DNA of 43,940 nt from Verrucomicrobiota bacterium (GTDB taxonomy: Bacteria > Verrucomicrobiota > Verrucomicrobiia > Limisphaerales > CANJXF01). The position numbers and the translations under genes were made by a program. Location: NCBI GenBank assembly GCA_038214755.1, contig JBBQRQ010000038.1, positions 1-43,940 of the forward strand, written 5' to 3'. Shown here in pieces: positions 26,828 through 37,400 of this stretch; within the stretch, counting starts at the first letter, position 1; each line of letters starts with the position of its first letter. The notes under the pieces are model-generated. The model did no database searches and was not told where the DNA came from. It saw nothing but the letters and a program-made list of their open reading frames with translations.

Positions 26828-27775
26828 ATGATCCCTCGCAAGATTCTCAAAAAAATTCGGCAGATCGAACTGCGCACAAATCGGCTCGTGACTGAAACAC
26901 TCGGCGGGCAATACCACAGTGTCTTCAAAGGTCAGGGAATGAATTTCGAGGAGGTGCGCGAGTATCAGCCCGGCGATGAAGTCCGCTCGATTGATTGGAA
27001 TGTCACGGCGCGGATGAACCATCCGTTCGTGAAAAAATTTGTCGAGGAACGCGAACTCACGCTCATGCTCCTCGTGGACGTAAGCGGTTCCGGTTTGTTC
27101 GGTTCCGGCGCCCAATCGAAACGCGAGCTTGCAGCGGAGATTGCGTCCGTGCTCGCCTTCTCCGCCATCCGCAACAACGACAAAGTCGGTGTGATTCTTT
27201 TCAGTGAGGAAGTTGAAAAATATATTCCTCCGAAGAAAGGTCGCCGCCATGTGTTGCGAGTTATTCGCGAAATTCTTTTTCACGAGCCGAAAAAGCGCGG
27301 GACAAACTTGAACGCTGCTCTGGAATTTTTAAATCGTGTCACCGCGCATCGGGCCATTGCCGTCGTGATTTCAGATTTTATCGGCGAGCCGACCCCGACA
27401 AAATCAACCAACAAAACGCGTCGCTCATTTCTCTCAGAATCGCTGGCACAAAGTGCGTTCGTCTCTTTGCGTTCCACCAACAAACGCCACGATGTCATCG
27501 CGATTCAAGTGATTGACCGTTACGAATTGGAACTGCCCGCGCTCGGACGATTGATTTTCAAAGATGCCGAGACGGGTGAAGTCGTGGAGATCAATACAAA
27601 CGATTCGCGCAAACGAAACGCTTTTGCGGAGCGACAATTGAAAAATCAATCGGAACTTTTACGAATGTTGCGCTCGGCCAACATCGACGCGATCCCTCTC
27701 CGCACCGACCAGGACTATGGCCCCGCGCTCGGAAGATTTTTTGAAACGCGCGAAAAACGTCGTCGGCACGGATAG
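26828..27775 (+). CDS. DUF58 (MoxR-associated vWA) protein
   Basis: G.YHSVFKGQGMNFEEVREYQPGDEVRSIDWNVTAR, LLVDVSGS, VISDF. Confidence 0.93.
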   Translation: MIPRKILKKIRQIELRTNRLVTETLGGQYHSVFKGQGMNFEEVREYQPGDEVRSIDWNVTARMNHPFVKKFVEERELTLMLLVDVSGSGLFGSGAQSKRELAAEIASVLAFSAIRNNDKVGVILFSEEVEKYIPPKKGRRHVLRVIREILFHEPKKRGTNLNAALEFLNRVTAHRAIAVVISDFIGEPTPTKSTNKTRRSFLSESLAQSAFVSLRSTNKRHDVIAIQVIDRYELELPALGRLIFKDAETGEVVEINTNDSRKRNAFAERQLKNQSELLRMLRSANIDAIPLRTDQDYGPALGRFFETREKRRRHG

Positions 27776-27820
27776 CCAACCAAGGTCAGCGCGCATCTTG
27801 ACGCGACCAATCCGATCAGT

Positions 27821-27915
27821 GTAGTGGGGCAGGCTTCCAGCCTGTCTGAGCGGGCATCTTGCCCGCGAACTGGGACTGGAAGCCCTGCTGGCAGACAAGA
27901 TGTCTGCCCCACTAC
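27821..27915. repeat. GTAG-type REP cluster (BIME-like)
   Basis: GTAGTGGGGCAGGCTTCCAGCCTGTC ... GACAAGATGTCTGCCCCACTAC in inverted orientation, with internal GCGGGCATCTTGCCCGC. Confidence 0.85.
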
Positions 27916-28003
27916 TTTGGCGGTGGTATCAAGATGCGCCCCCAGGTCATCTTGAAGGTGAAATCCTTTGACCGTTTCCTCGGAACGCATTATTAGTTAT
28001 CCC

Positions 28004-28072
28004 GTGAATCGCAATTTAAACCTTCGACTGCTACTTAACGCGCTGCTTTGCGGCGTGGCGGTTGGGTTTTAA
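28004..28072 (+). CDS. leuL: Leucine attenuator leader peptide (22 aa)
   Basis: GTG...TAA encodes MNRNLNLRLLLNALLCGVAVGF (7 Leu, including the run CTG CTA CTT); it lies upstream of a terminator and leuA. Confidence 0.8.
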   Translation: MNRNLNLRLLLNALLCGVAVGF

Positions 28073-28095
28073 TTTCGTTCACGATTAATTTTGTT

Positions 28096-28134
28096 AAACC
28101 CCATTGCCAAACGGCGGTGGGGTTTTTTGTTTTT
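28096..28134 (+). terminator. Attenuator terminator of leuA
   Basis: Stem AAACCCCATTGCC/GGCGGTGGGGTTT plus a T tract; 28056-28072 can pair alternatively with 28094-28109 (antiterminator). Confidence 0.85.
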
Positions 28135-28305
28135 AACCACGAATGAACACGAATAGAAACGAATCAAAAAGTGCCAGCACGTGTCCCGATTCAATGGGGC
28201 GCGGCTGTGTCGTCCTCGACCAGCCGCTGCGCATCAAACACATTGCGAGTGGGCGGCGACACCGCCGCGATCCGCATTGGTGTTCATTCGTGTCCATTCG
28301 TGGTT
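28135..28305. repeat. Inverted 10-bp-unit repeat (CACGAATGAA type) enclosing a REP-like pair
   Basis: AACCACGAATGAACACGAATAGAAACGAAT (28135-28164) versus ATTGGTGTTCATTCGTGTCCATTCGTGGTT (28276-28305). Confidence 0.75.
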
Positions 28306-28326
28306 CAATTCGCAGCCGTTAGTTTT

Positions 28327-30033
28327 ATGTTGAAAGACCCATCAAAAAAATATCGCGCGTTTCCGCCGGTCCATTTGCCTGACCGGCAATGGCCCAACCG
28401 CGTCCTCACTCACGCGCCGATTTGGTGCAGCGTCGATTTGCGCGACGGCAATCAGGCGCTCGCCGTGCCGATGAACGTGAGCCAAAAGTTGGAATTATTT
28501 CAGACGCTGGTGAAATGCGGTTTCAAAGAAATCGAAGTTGGATTTCCTTCCGCGTCGAACACGGAATTTAATTTCAACCGCCGACTCATCGAGGAGAACC
28601 GCGCGCCCGACGACGTTTGGTTGCAGGCGCTCGTGCAGGCGCGCGAAGACTTGATCGAGCGCACGGTCGAGTCCCTCGTCGGCGCGAAAAAAGCCATCAT
28701 CCACCTCTACAATTCCATCTCGCCCGCGCAACGCCGCGTCGTGTTTGGCAAATCGAAAGAAGAGATCAAAGCCATCGCCGTTCAAGGAACCAAATGGATC
28801 AAGGAACGTTTGCCGCGGCTCAAAAATTCCGAGGTGATGTTTCAATATTCGCCGGAAAGTTTCAGCGGGACGGAAGTCGAATTCGCCAAAGAAATTTGTG
28901 AAGCGGTCATGGACGTGTGGCAGCCGACACCGCAGCGCAAAATGATTTTGAATTTGCCGGATACCGTCGAGGTCGCGATGCCAAATGTTTATGCCGATCA
29001 AATCGAATGGATGTGCCGCAACCTAAAAAATCACGAGTCGCTCATCATCAGTTTGCACACGCACAATGACCGCTGCACTGGAGTCGCGGCTACGGAGCTT
29101 GGTTTGCTCGCCGGTGCAAATCGCGTCGAGGGAACACTTTTCGGCAACGGCGAACGCACTGGAAATTTGGACATCGTGACAGTTGCATTAAATCTTTACC
29201 AACACGGCATCGATCCGAAATTGGATTTTTCAAATCTCAATTCGCTCATCGAAGTTTACGAGCGCTGCACGGGCATGAGTGTTCCAGCGCGCCAGCCCTA
29301 CGCGGGCGAATTGGTTTTCACCGCCTTCAGCGGCTCGCATCAGGACGCGATCAAAAAAGGTTTGGCGGAATGGGAGCGTGGCGCGCAAAAAAATTGGGAC
29401 GTGCCGTATCTCACGATTGATCCCCAGGACGTTGGCCGCGAGTATCGCGAAATCATCCGCGTCAATTCTCAGAGCGGAAAAGGTGGCGTCGCCTATCTGC
29501 TCGAAAGCGAATTCGGAATTGAGTTGCCCAAAGAAATGCAGCGCGAATTCGGCCCCATCGCAAACACCGAAGTGGATCGCCTCGGACGCGAAGTCAGTGG
29601 CGCGGAATTGAAGGAAATGTTTTTTCGCGAATACATCGAGCGCGATCAACCGTGGCAATTGCAGAATTTTGAAACCGACAGTCGCGACGGCAAAGTTCGT
29701 TGTCGAGCGAAGTTGCTCCGCGATGGCCAGCCCATCGAAATTTCCGGCGAAGGCAATGGACCCCTCGCCGCACTCGTTCACGGATTTAGCACCGCTGGAA
29801 TTCCCCGTTTTGAGATCACGCATTACAGCGAACACGCTTTGGCTTCGGGCGAAGAAGCGGCCGCCATTTCCTACATTCAAATCAAATTTGCTGACGGCAA
29901 AACACGCTGGGGCGTTGGAGTGGATACGAACATCGAACTAGCTTCCGTCAAAGCTGTCCTCAACGCGCTGAATCGATTTTCCCAACAGGAAAGGAGCGCG
30001 GACAGCCTTGTCCGCGCGAACCCGACGTTGTGA
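28327..30033 (+). CDS. leuA: 2-isopropylmalate synthase (yeast/actinobacterial type)
   Basis: WCSVDLRDGNQAL, EIEVGFPSAS, YSPESF, HTHNDR, GNGERTGN, AFSGSHQDAIKKG, IRVNSQSGKGG. ATG 28327 chosen because the longer ORF is repeat-derived. Confidence 0.95.
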   Translation: MLKDPSKKYRAFPPVHLPDRQWPNRVLTHAPIWCSVDLRDGNQALAVPMNVSQKLELFQTLVKCGFKEIEVGFPSASNTEFNFNRRLIEENRAPDDVWLQALVQAREDLIERTVESLVGAKKAIIHLYNSISPAQRRVVFGKSKEEIKAIAVQGTKWIKERLPRLKNSEVMFQYSPESFSGTEVEFAKEICEAVMDVWQPTPQRKMILNLPDTVEVAMPNVYADQIEWMCRNLKNHESLIISLHTHNDRCTGVAATELGLLAGANRVEGTLFGNGERTGNLDIVTVALNLYQHGIDPKLDFSNLNSLIEVYERCTGMSVPARQPYAGELVFTAFSGSHQDAIKKGLAEWERGAQKNWDVPYLTIDPQDVGREYREIIRVNSQSGKGGVAYLLESEFGIELPKEMQREFGPIANTEVDRLGREVSGAELKEMFFREYIERDQPWQLQNFETDSRDGKVRCRAKLLRDGQPIEISGEGNGPLAALVHGFSTAGIPRFEITHYSEHALASGEEAAAISYIQIKFADGKTRWGVGVDTNIELASVKAVLNALNRFSQQERSADSLVRANPTL

Positions 30034-30076
30034 GTTTCTCATCCGGCGCAAGACGCGGACAAGCTGTCTGCCCTCT
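29992..30076. repeat. GGAG-type REP doublet overlapping the leuA 3' end
   Basis: GGAGCGCGGACAGCCTTGTCCGCG ... CGCGGACAAGCTGTCTGCCCTCT in inverted orientation. Confidence 0.7.
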
Positions 30077-30146
30077 GCTTTTGGTGTGGGCATGGGCGCC
30101 TCTCACTTTCTTGCAATGTTCGTTTCGAATCTCATTAGTGTTGAGG

Positions 30147-30304
30147 TCTCATTAACACCCGGCTTCAGCCGGGTGTTGAGGTTGCGAGGCCAGTTGAACC
30201 GCTTCAGCGGTTTGCTCCAGGTGGAAAACCTCTGAAGCGGTTGAGGGTCGCAATCTGTTCCTGTTCCGAAGCCGGGTGCTAATGAGAGGTGCAAGAAACT
30301 GGGA
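30147..30304. repeat. Nested palindromic REP/MITE-like element, copy 2
   Basis: Terminal IR TCTCATTAACACCCGGCTTC (30147-30166) / GAAGCCGGGTGCTAATGAGA (30268-30287) with 1 mismatch; inner AACCGCTTCAGCGGTTT pair; matches 124-274. Confidence 0.85.
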
Positions 30305-30378
30305 TGCGCACACGCTCTTGCGAAAGCGAATTTCCCCTTTTCTTTCGAGCACTCGCCTTTACTCTCCGTCGCGTTTAA

Positions 30379-31794
<1,416 letters not shown>

Positions 31795-31803
31795 ACCATT
31801 TTC

Positions 31804-32499
31804 ATGAAAGGAATTTTCATCACGTTTGAAGGCACGGAAGGCAGCGGAAAATCCACGCAAATTGGTTTGCTCGCCGATAAATTGCACTCGTTGGGATTCA
31901 CCGTTCAACAGTTGCGCGAACCGGGCGGCACGCCCATCGGCGAGGAGATTCGACACACGCTCAAACACAGCGAAGCCAACTACGCGATGACAGCGGAGGC
32001 TGAATTATTATTGATGAATGCGAGCCGCGCGCAACTCGTTCGGGAAATTATTCGCCCGATGCTTGCTCTCGGCCACATCATTTTGTGCGACCGTTTTTTC
32101 GATTCGACCATTGTCTATCAAGGTTACGGTCGCAAACTCGATTTGAAAAAAGTTTCCGGGATAATTGATTTTGCAGTCGGCGAAATTCGACCTCATTTGA
32201 CCCTGCTGCTGCACGTGCCTATCGCCGTCAGCGAGGAGAGGCGGCGTTCACGCCAATCGATGCTGCTCGAAGTGCCGCAGAAAGAAAAACCATCACAATC
32301 CGCCCCGTTGCCCTTCGACAACAAGCTGCGTGATCGCATGGAAGAGGCGGACCGGGATTTCTTTGAGCGAGTGGAAAATGGCTACCACGCCCTTGCGCTC
32401 GCTGAACCTGGTCGAGTGAAGTTGATCGAAGCCACCCAATCCAAGGAATTGGTGGCGCAGGAAATTTGGAAATTGGCGGAACCGCTGATCCGCGGGTAG
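31804..32499 (+). CDS. tmk: Thymidylate kinase
   Basis: FITFEGTEGSGKSTQ, REPGGT, CDRF.DST.VYQGYGR. Confidence 0.96.
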   Translation: MKGIFITFEGTEGSGKSTQIGLLADKLHSLGFTVQQLREPGGTPIGEEIRHTLKHSEANYAMTAEAELLLMNASRAQLVREIIRPMLALGHIILCDRFFDSTIVYQGYGRKLDLKKVSGIIDFAVGEIRPHLTLLLHVPIAVSEERRRSRQSMLLEVPQKEKPSQSAPLPFDNKLRDRMEEADRDFFERVENGYHALALAEPGRVKLIEATQSKELVAQEIWKLAEPLIRG

Positions 32500-32515
32500 C
32501 ATCTGCCTCCGCCGA

Positions 32516-33532
32516 TCAGCCTGCGTTTTCCAAAGGCTTCGCGGAAATTTCCAGCATCCGTTCAATCGGCAGACGCGCGCGGCGAATGATTTCGTCGCTC
32601 AATTCGATGCGCGGATTCAAGTCCATCATGCAGTCGTAAAGTTTTTCGAGCGTATTCATCTTCATGAATTTGCATTCGTTGCAGCGGCAGTTCGCCACCG
32701 GCGCGGGAATAAATTTTTTTCCGGGACACTCTTTTTGCAGCCGATGAATCATGCCCGCTTCCGTCGCGATGATGATGGCGCGCGCCGGACTGCGTTTGCA
32801 GAACTGCACCATTTTTTCCGTCGAACAAACTTCGTCAGCCAACATGCGCACGGCTTTCGTGCATTCGGGATGCGCGACCAGCGGCGCGTCGGGAAATTCG
32901 CGGCGGATGCGCGAAATATTTTCGTGCGTGAACTCCACGTGAGCGTAACAATTTCCCCGCCACAAAGTCATCGGACGGCCCGTTTGTTCCATCACCCACG
33001 CGCCGAGATTTTCATCTGGGACAAAAAGCAGATCGCGATCTTTCGGCGATGCGTTCACGATTTTCACCGCGTTGCCACTGGTGCAAATCACGTCGCTCAA
33101 CGCCTTCACTTCGGCGCTGCAATTGATGTAAGTGATCGTATAAAAATTTGGATTCGTGTTCTGCAACGCTTTTAGTTTTGGCGCGGGACAACTTTGCTCG
33201 AGCGAACAACCCGCGTCTTTGTCCGGCAAAATCACGATCTTGTTTGGGTTCAAAATCTTTGCCGTCTCAGCCATGAAATGAACGCCGCAAAAGACAATCA
33301 CGTCCGCGCTTGTCTTGGCCGCTTGTTGGGAAAGTCCGAGGGAATCGCCGACGAAATCCGCTACGTCCTGAATTTCCGGCACCTGATAATTATGGGCGAG
33401 GATGATGGCGTTGAGTTCTTTTTTCCGGGCGACAATATCGCGGGAAAGCGCATCAAGTTTTTCGGGCGGCAGCGGCTGGCGCGTCACGAAATCGAAGTCC
33501 CGTCGCGGTTGGATTTCAGTCAGGTCGATCAT
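32516..33532 (-). CDS. nadA: Quinolinate synthase A
   Basis: ILAHNYQ, FVGDSL, FCGVHFMAETAKILNP, AGCSL, YINCSA, AHPEC, C.FMKMNTL. Confidence 0.96.
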   Translation of the reverse strand: MIDLTEIQPRRDFDFVTRQPLPPEKLDALSRDIVARKKELNAIILAHNYQVPEIQDVADFVGDSLGLSQQAAKTSADVIVFCGVHFMAETAKILNPNKIVILPDKDAGCSLEQSCPAPKLKALQNTNPNFYTITYINCSAEVKALSDVICTSGNAVKIVNASPKDRDLLFVPDENLGAWVMEQTGRPMTLWRGNCYAHVEFTHENISRIRREFPDAPLVAHPECTKAVRMLADEVCSTEKMVQFCKRSPARAIIIATEAGMIHRLQKECPGKKFIPAPVANCRCNECKFMKMNTLEKLYDCMMDLNPRIELSDEIIRRARLPIERMLEISAKPLENAG

Positions 33533-33538
33533 AGGTAA

Positions 33539-33566
33539 AATTTACCTTCGCGGCAGATTCATGCAA
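33539..33566 (-). promoter_or_regulatory. Sigma70-like promoter for a probably leaderless nadA mRNA
   Basis: TTGCAT-N16-TAAATT-N6-ATG. Confidence 0.55.
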
Positions 33567-33609
33567 CCACTCGCAATGTTTGCGGCGAGCGATTCAATGC
33601 AAGAGGGTT

Positions 33610-33846
33610 TTACGCAACAGCCAGTTCACGGGCGTGTGGAATATCACCGGCGTGGAGCGGACGCACTTGGGTATGTTCCAGCGTGAGCAGCGCAACCGTG
33701 TGGCCGTCATAACCGACGAACTCAACCTCAAATGCTTCGCCGTTCCCATGCACCAGAACGGCTGTTCCAACGTCGCCTCGTTTTAATTCGTGTTTGGGCA
33801 AATCGCACGTCAACACAACGGCGTCGAGTTCTTGAATCTTGTTCAT
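33610..33846 (-). CDS. DUF4926 domain protein
   Basis: IQELDAVVLT.DLP...LKRGDVGT.V.V......FEVEF...DG.T.AL.TL. Confidence 0.88.
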   Translation of the reverse strand: MNKIQELDAVVLTCDLPKHELKRGDVGTAVLVHGNGEAFEVEFVGYDGHTVALLTLEHTQVRPLHAGDIPHARELAVA

Positions 33847-34184
33847 AACTTTGGAAGCGGATCTGCGGTTACGAAACGCGGCGCATCACTGCTGGGATAG
33901 ATATACCATGCACTGCGCACGTTCAAGATCGTACCATCCGGCGCGGTGAGCGGACTGTCCAACACATAGCGGATTCCATAACGGGTTTCCTCTGTTGTGA
34001 CGATTTCGTTTTGTTGCACGTGCACGATCAAGGCCTTCGCCAGTCTTTGCCAATCAGCGACAGTGAAGCCGAACCTTAAGAAAAATGATGCCTTGCTGCC
34101 ACCGGCAGGATGCGCGGGATTCAAGAGATAGCGTGTGATCTTTTGTTGCGGAACTTTGGCCAAGTGCGCGTTGGGCACTTTCAT
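33843..34184 (-). CDS. DUF6883 domain protein
   Basis: MKVPNA..A.V...KIT.YLLN..HP.GGSKA.FF...GF...YG..Y...W......PRFVTA.P; ATG 34184; 4-nt overlap with the DUF4926 gene. Confidence 0.8.
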   Translation of the reverse strand: MKVPNAHLAKVPQQKITRYLLNPAHPAGGSKASFFLRFGFTVADWQRLAKALIVHVQQNEIVTTEETRYGIRYVLDSPLTAPDGTILNVRSAWYIYPSSDAPRFVTADPLPKL

Positions 34185-34200
34185 TTTATTCCCGGTTGCG

Positions 34201-34270
34201 CGGGCGGCAGCGGCTGGCACGTCACGAAATCGAAGTCGCGTCGCGGTTGGGTTTCAGTCAAATCAATCAC
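34201..34270 (-). repeat. Diverged direct duplicate of the first 70 nt of nadA (33463-33532)
   Basis: 63/70 identical by manual alignment. Confidence 0.92.
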
Positions 34271-34416
34271 GAAGAAAAAGTAACTGCTTGGTGAATAGTC
34301 GCAATCTCAGATTGGTGTCCGCGCAAAAAGAATGCTGCCTACATCTGTCGGCAGAGCAGTCTAGCGATTCCCTTGCATCTGAAACCAGGAAGGTTTTCTA
34401 CGGACAGAAGTTGCAT

Positions 34417-34448
34417 AAAAAAAGGCCGGGGAAAAGATTCCCCGACCT
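34417..34448 (-). terminator. Rho-independent terminator after nrdJ
   Basis: Minus strand reads AGGTCGGGGAA-TCTT-TTCCCCGGCCT-TTTTTT. Confidence 0.85.
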
Positions 34449-34466
34449 CTCGTGCATTCTTACCGC

Positions 34467-37400
34467 CTAGGAACAGCCGAGACTTTCACCGCAATTCAAA
34501 CATTTGTAGCAAGCGCCATTGCGCACCGTGAAGTGGCCGCAACTTGGGCAGGTCGGCGCGTCCGATTGATTTATAAACGTGATCGAGGTAATCGAAGTGA
34601 CGCCAGTTGCCCCGTGATCTCCGTTGCCATTGGCGCGCGGGGGAGGAAGGGAAATCGGCTCGGAATCTTCCGCCATCGGAAGGTCTGAAACAGGGCGATT
34701 TAGATTCTGCTTCATCGCCTCTTCCAAACCTGGCATCGCCAATTCTCGCTGCGCCGGATTCACTACCGCGGCTTCGCGATGACCGGGAATAAAATTCAGC
34801 GCCATCCAGCGGAAAACGTAATCGATGATCGACGACGTGTTGCGAATCTCCGGATTTTTGGTGAAACCCGACGGCTCAAAACGTTGGTGCGCGAACTTGC
34901 GAAGCAACGTCTCCATCGGCACTCCAAATTGCAGCGCCATGCTCGTGAGAGTGCCGATGCTGTCCATCAGACCACCGATGGTGGAACCTTCCTTCGCCAT
35001 CGTGACGAAGAGTTCGCCGGGCTGACCGTCCTCGAAAAGGCCGACAGTCAAATAACCTTCGTGACCCGCGATGTCGAATTTGTGAGTGACCGCCGAGCGG
35101 GTGTCCGGCAGGCGACGACGCAACGGCTGTCCCGCGACCTGGCGCAACTTCGCATTCTCAGCTTCGAGTTCTTTAACGCGCGCATTTTCCGGTTCGGTAT
35201 TTCCGCCGCGTTCATTGGTGCGTTTGGTGTTGAGTGGTTGCGAACGTTTCGAGCCGTCGCGATAAATCGCCACGCACTTCAATCCCATTTTCCACGCTTC
35301 AACGTAGGCGTTGCGAATCTCGGCGACCGTCGCTTCGTTGGGCAGATTCACCGTTTTGGAAATGGCGCCGCTAATGAATGGTTGGGTCGCTCCCATCATT
35401 TTCAAATGCGCCATGTAACTGATGCTGCGTTTGCCTTGGGCGGGTTTGAACGCGCAATCGAAAACGCCGAGGTGTTCGAGTTTCAATCCGCTGCGAATTG
35501 TTAGTAGTGCAGGCATCCTGCCTGCACCCTTTGGTGTAGCGTCGGACAAAACATCCCCGTCCGAGGCAGGCTGGAAGCCTGCCCCACTATCTTCCACGTC
35601 TTCAATGGTGTCGTGCTTCTCGATGTGCGTAAGAATCCCAGCGACTTGATTTTCACTGTAGCTGAGACGGCGCAGCGCATCGCCGACGCCGCGATTGACC
35701 ATTTTCAACATGCCGCCGCCCGCGAGCAGTTTGTATTTTACGAGCGCAATGTCGGGCTCCACGCCGGTCGTGTCGCAGTCCATGAGAAACGCGATGGTGC
35801 CCGTCGGCGCGAGCACGGTGACTTGCGCGTTCCGGTAGCCAACTTCTTTTCCACGAGCCAGCGCGCGATCCCAACAATGGCGCGCTTCGTCTTTGAGATA
35901 AGTAAATTCTTTGCTCGGCTGAATTTGTTCAACGGCGTCGCGATGAAGTCTGATGACGTTGAGCATCGAGTCGACATTGCTCCTGGCCAAAGGTTTTTCC
36001 ACACCGGCACAACGCGCGTTTTCGTATCCGGCGAATGGCCCGGTGACGCTGGCGATTTCCGCCGACTGCTCGTAGGAATGTCCGGTCATCATCGCGGTAA
36101 TCGCGCCCGCCAGCGCGCGACCTTCGTTTGAGTCATACGGAAATCCGTAGCTCATGATTAACGAACCCAGGTTCGCGAAGCCCAATCCGAGCGTGCGGAA
36201 GATGTGGGAGTTCTCCGCGATTTCCTTCGTTGGGTAACTCGCGTTATCGACGAGAATTTCCTGCGCCGTAATAAAAATCCGCACCGCCGCTTTAAACCGT
36301 TCCGTGTCGAACACGCCGTCTTCGCGTTTGAATTTCATCAAGTTCAGCGACGCGAGATTGCAGGCTGTGTTGTTCAGAAAAACATATTCGCTGCACGGAT
36401 TGGTCGAGTGAATCGGCTCCGTGCCTTTGCACGTGTGCCACTTCTGAATCGCGCCGTCGTATTGCATTCCGGGGTCGCCACAAATCCATGTTCCTTCCGC
36501 GATTTTATCCAGCAATTTGCTCGCGTCTTTTTTCGCAAGCGGTTTCTCGCCGGTCACGGTGCGGGTCACCCATTCTTTGCCGGTGAGCGCGGCGTTCATG
36601 AATTCGTCACTCGCGCGCACGGAAAGATTTTCATTCTGATACATCACGCTGCCGTAAGCGTCGCCGTTGTAAGAGCCGTCGTAACCTTGCTCGATCAGCG
36701 CCCACGCCTTCCGTTCCTCCTTCTGTTTCGCATCAATAAATTCTTCGATGTCGCCGTGCCAATCGCGGAGCGTATTCATTTTCGCAGCGCGACGGGTTTT
36801 GCCGCCGGACTTCACGACATTGGCCACCTGATCATAGACTTTTAGAAAACTCATCGGCCCGCTCGGACGACCGCCACCGCTCAACTTCTCTTTGCTGGAA
36901 CGAATCGGCGTTAAATCAGTCCCAGTGCCGGAGCCGTATTTGAAAAGCATCGCCTCGCTGTGGGCCAGACGCATGATGTCTTCCATGTTGTCCTTCACTG
37001 CTTGAATGAAGCACGCGCTGCCCTGAGGATATTCATATTGGGTCGGCGCGCGCTCGGCCTGCTTCGTTTTGGGATTGTAGAACCAGTTGCCAAGCGCGGA
37101 ATTTTTTCCCACGCCGTACTGATGAAAAAGTCCGACGTTGAACCAGACTGGCGAATTGAACGCGCCGAATTGATTGACGCAAAGCCACGTCAATTCGTCG
37201 TAAAAAATTTCGCCGTCTTCCTTGCTGAAATATCCGTCAGCAATTCCCCAATCCGCAATTGTCCGGCAAACGCGGTCGATCAATTGTCGCACCGAGGTTT
37301 CGCGCTCCGGAGTGTTTTGTTCACCGTAAAAGTATTTTGAGACAACAACTTTGGTCGCGAGCACCGACCACGATTTCGGCACTTCGACGTTTTCCTGCTT

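Noticed and set aside
28171..28326. 52-aa N-terminal extension of LeuA
   Set aside because: Translated repeat sequence (IGVHSCPFVV); family similarity starts at MLKDPSKKY.
32250..32330. Extra segment in the Tmk lid region as a repeat insertion
   Set aside because: No palindrome or match to the repeat families in this window; likely ordinary loop variation.
35502..35589. Intein or intron in nrdJ
   Set aside because: Only ~30 aa, no Cys/Ser...His-Asn splice motifs, and the DNA matches an intergenic REP.
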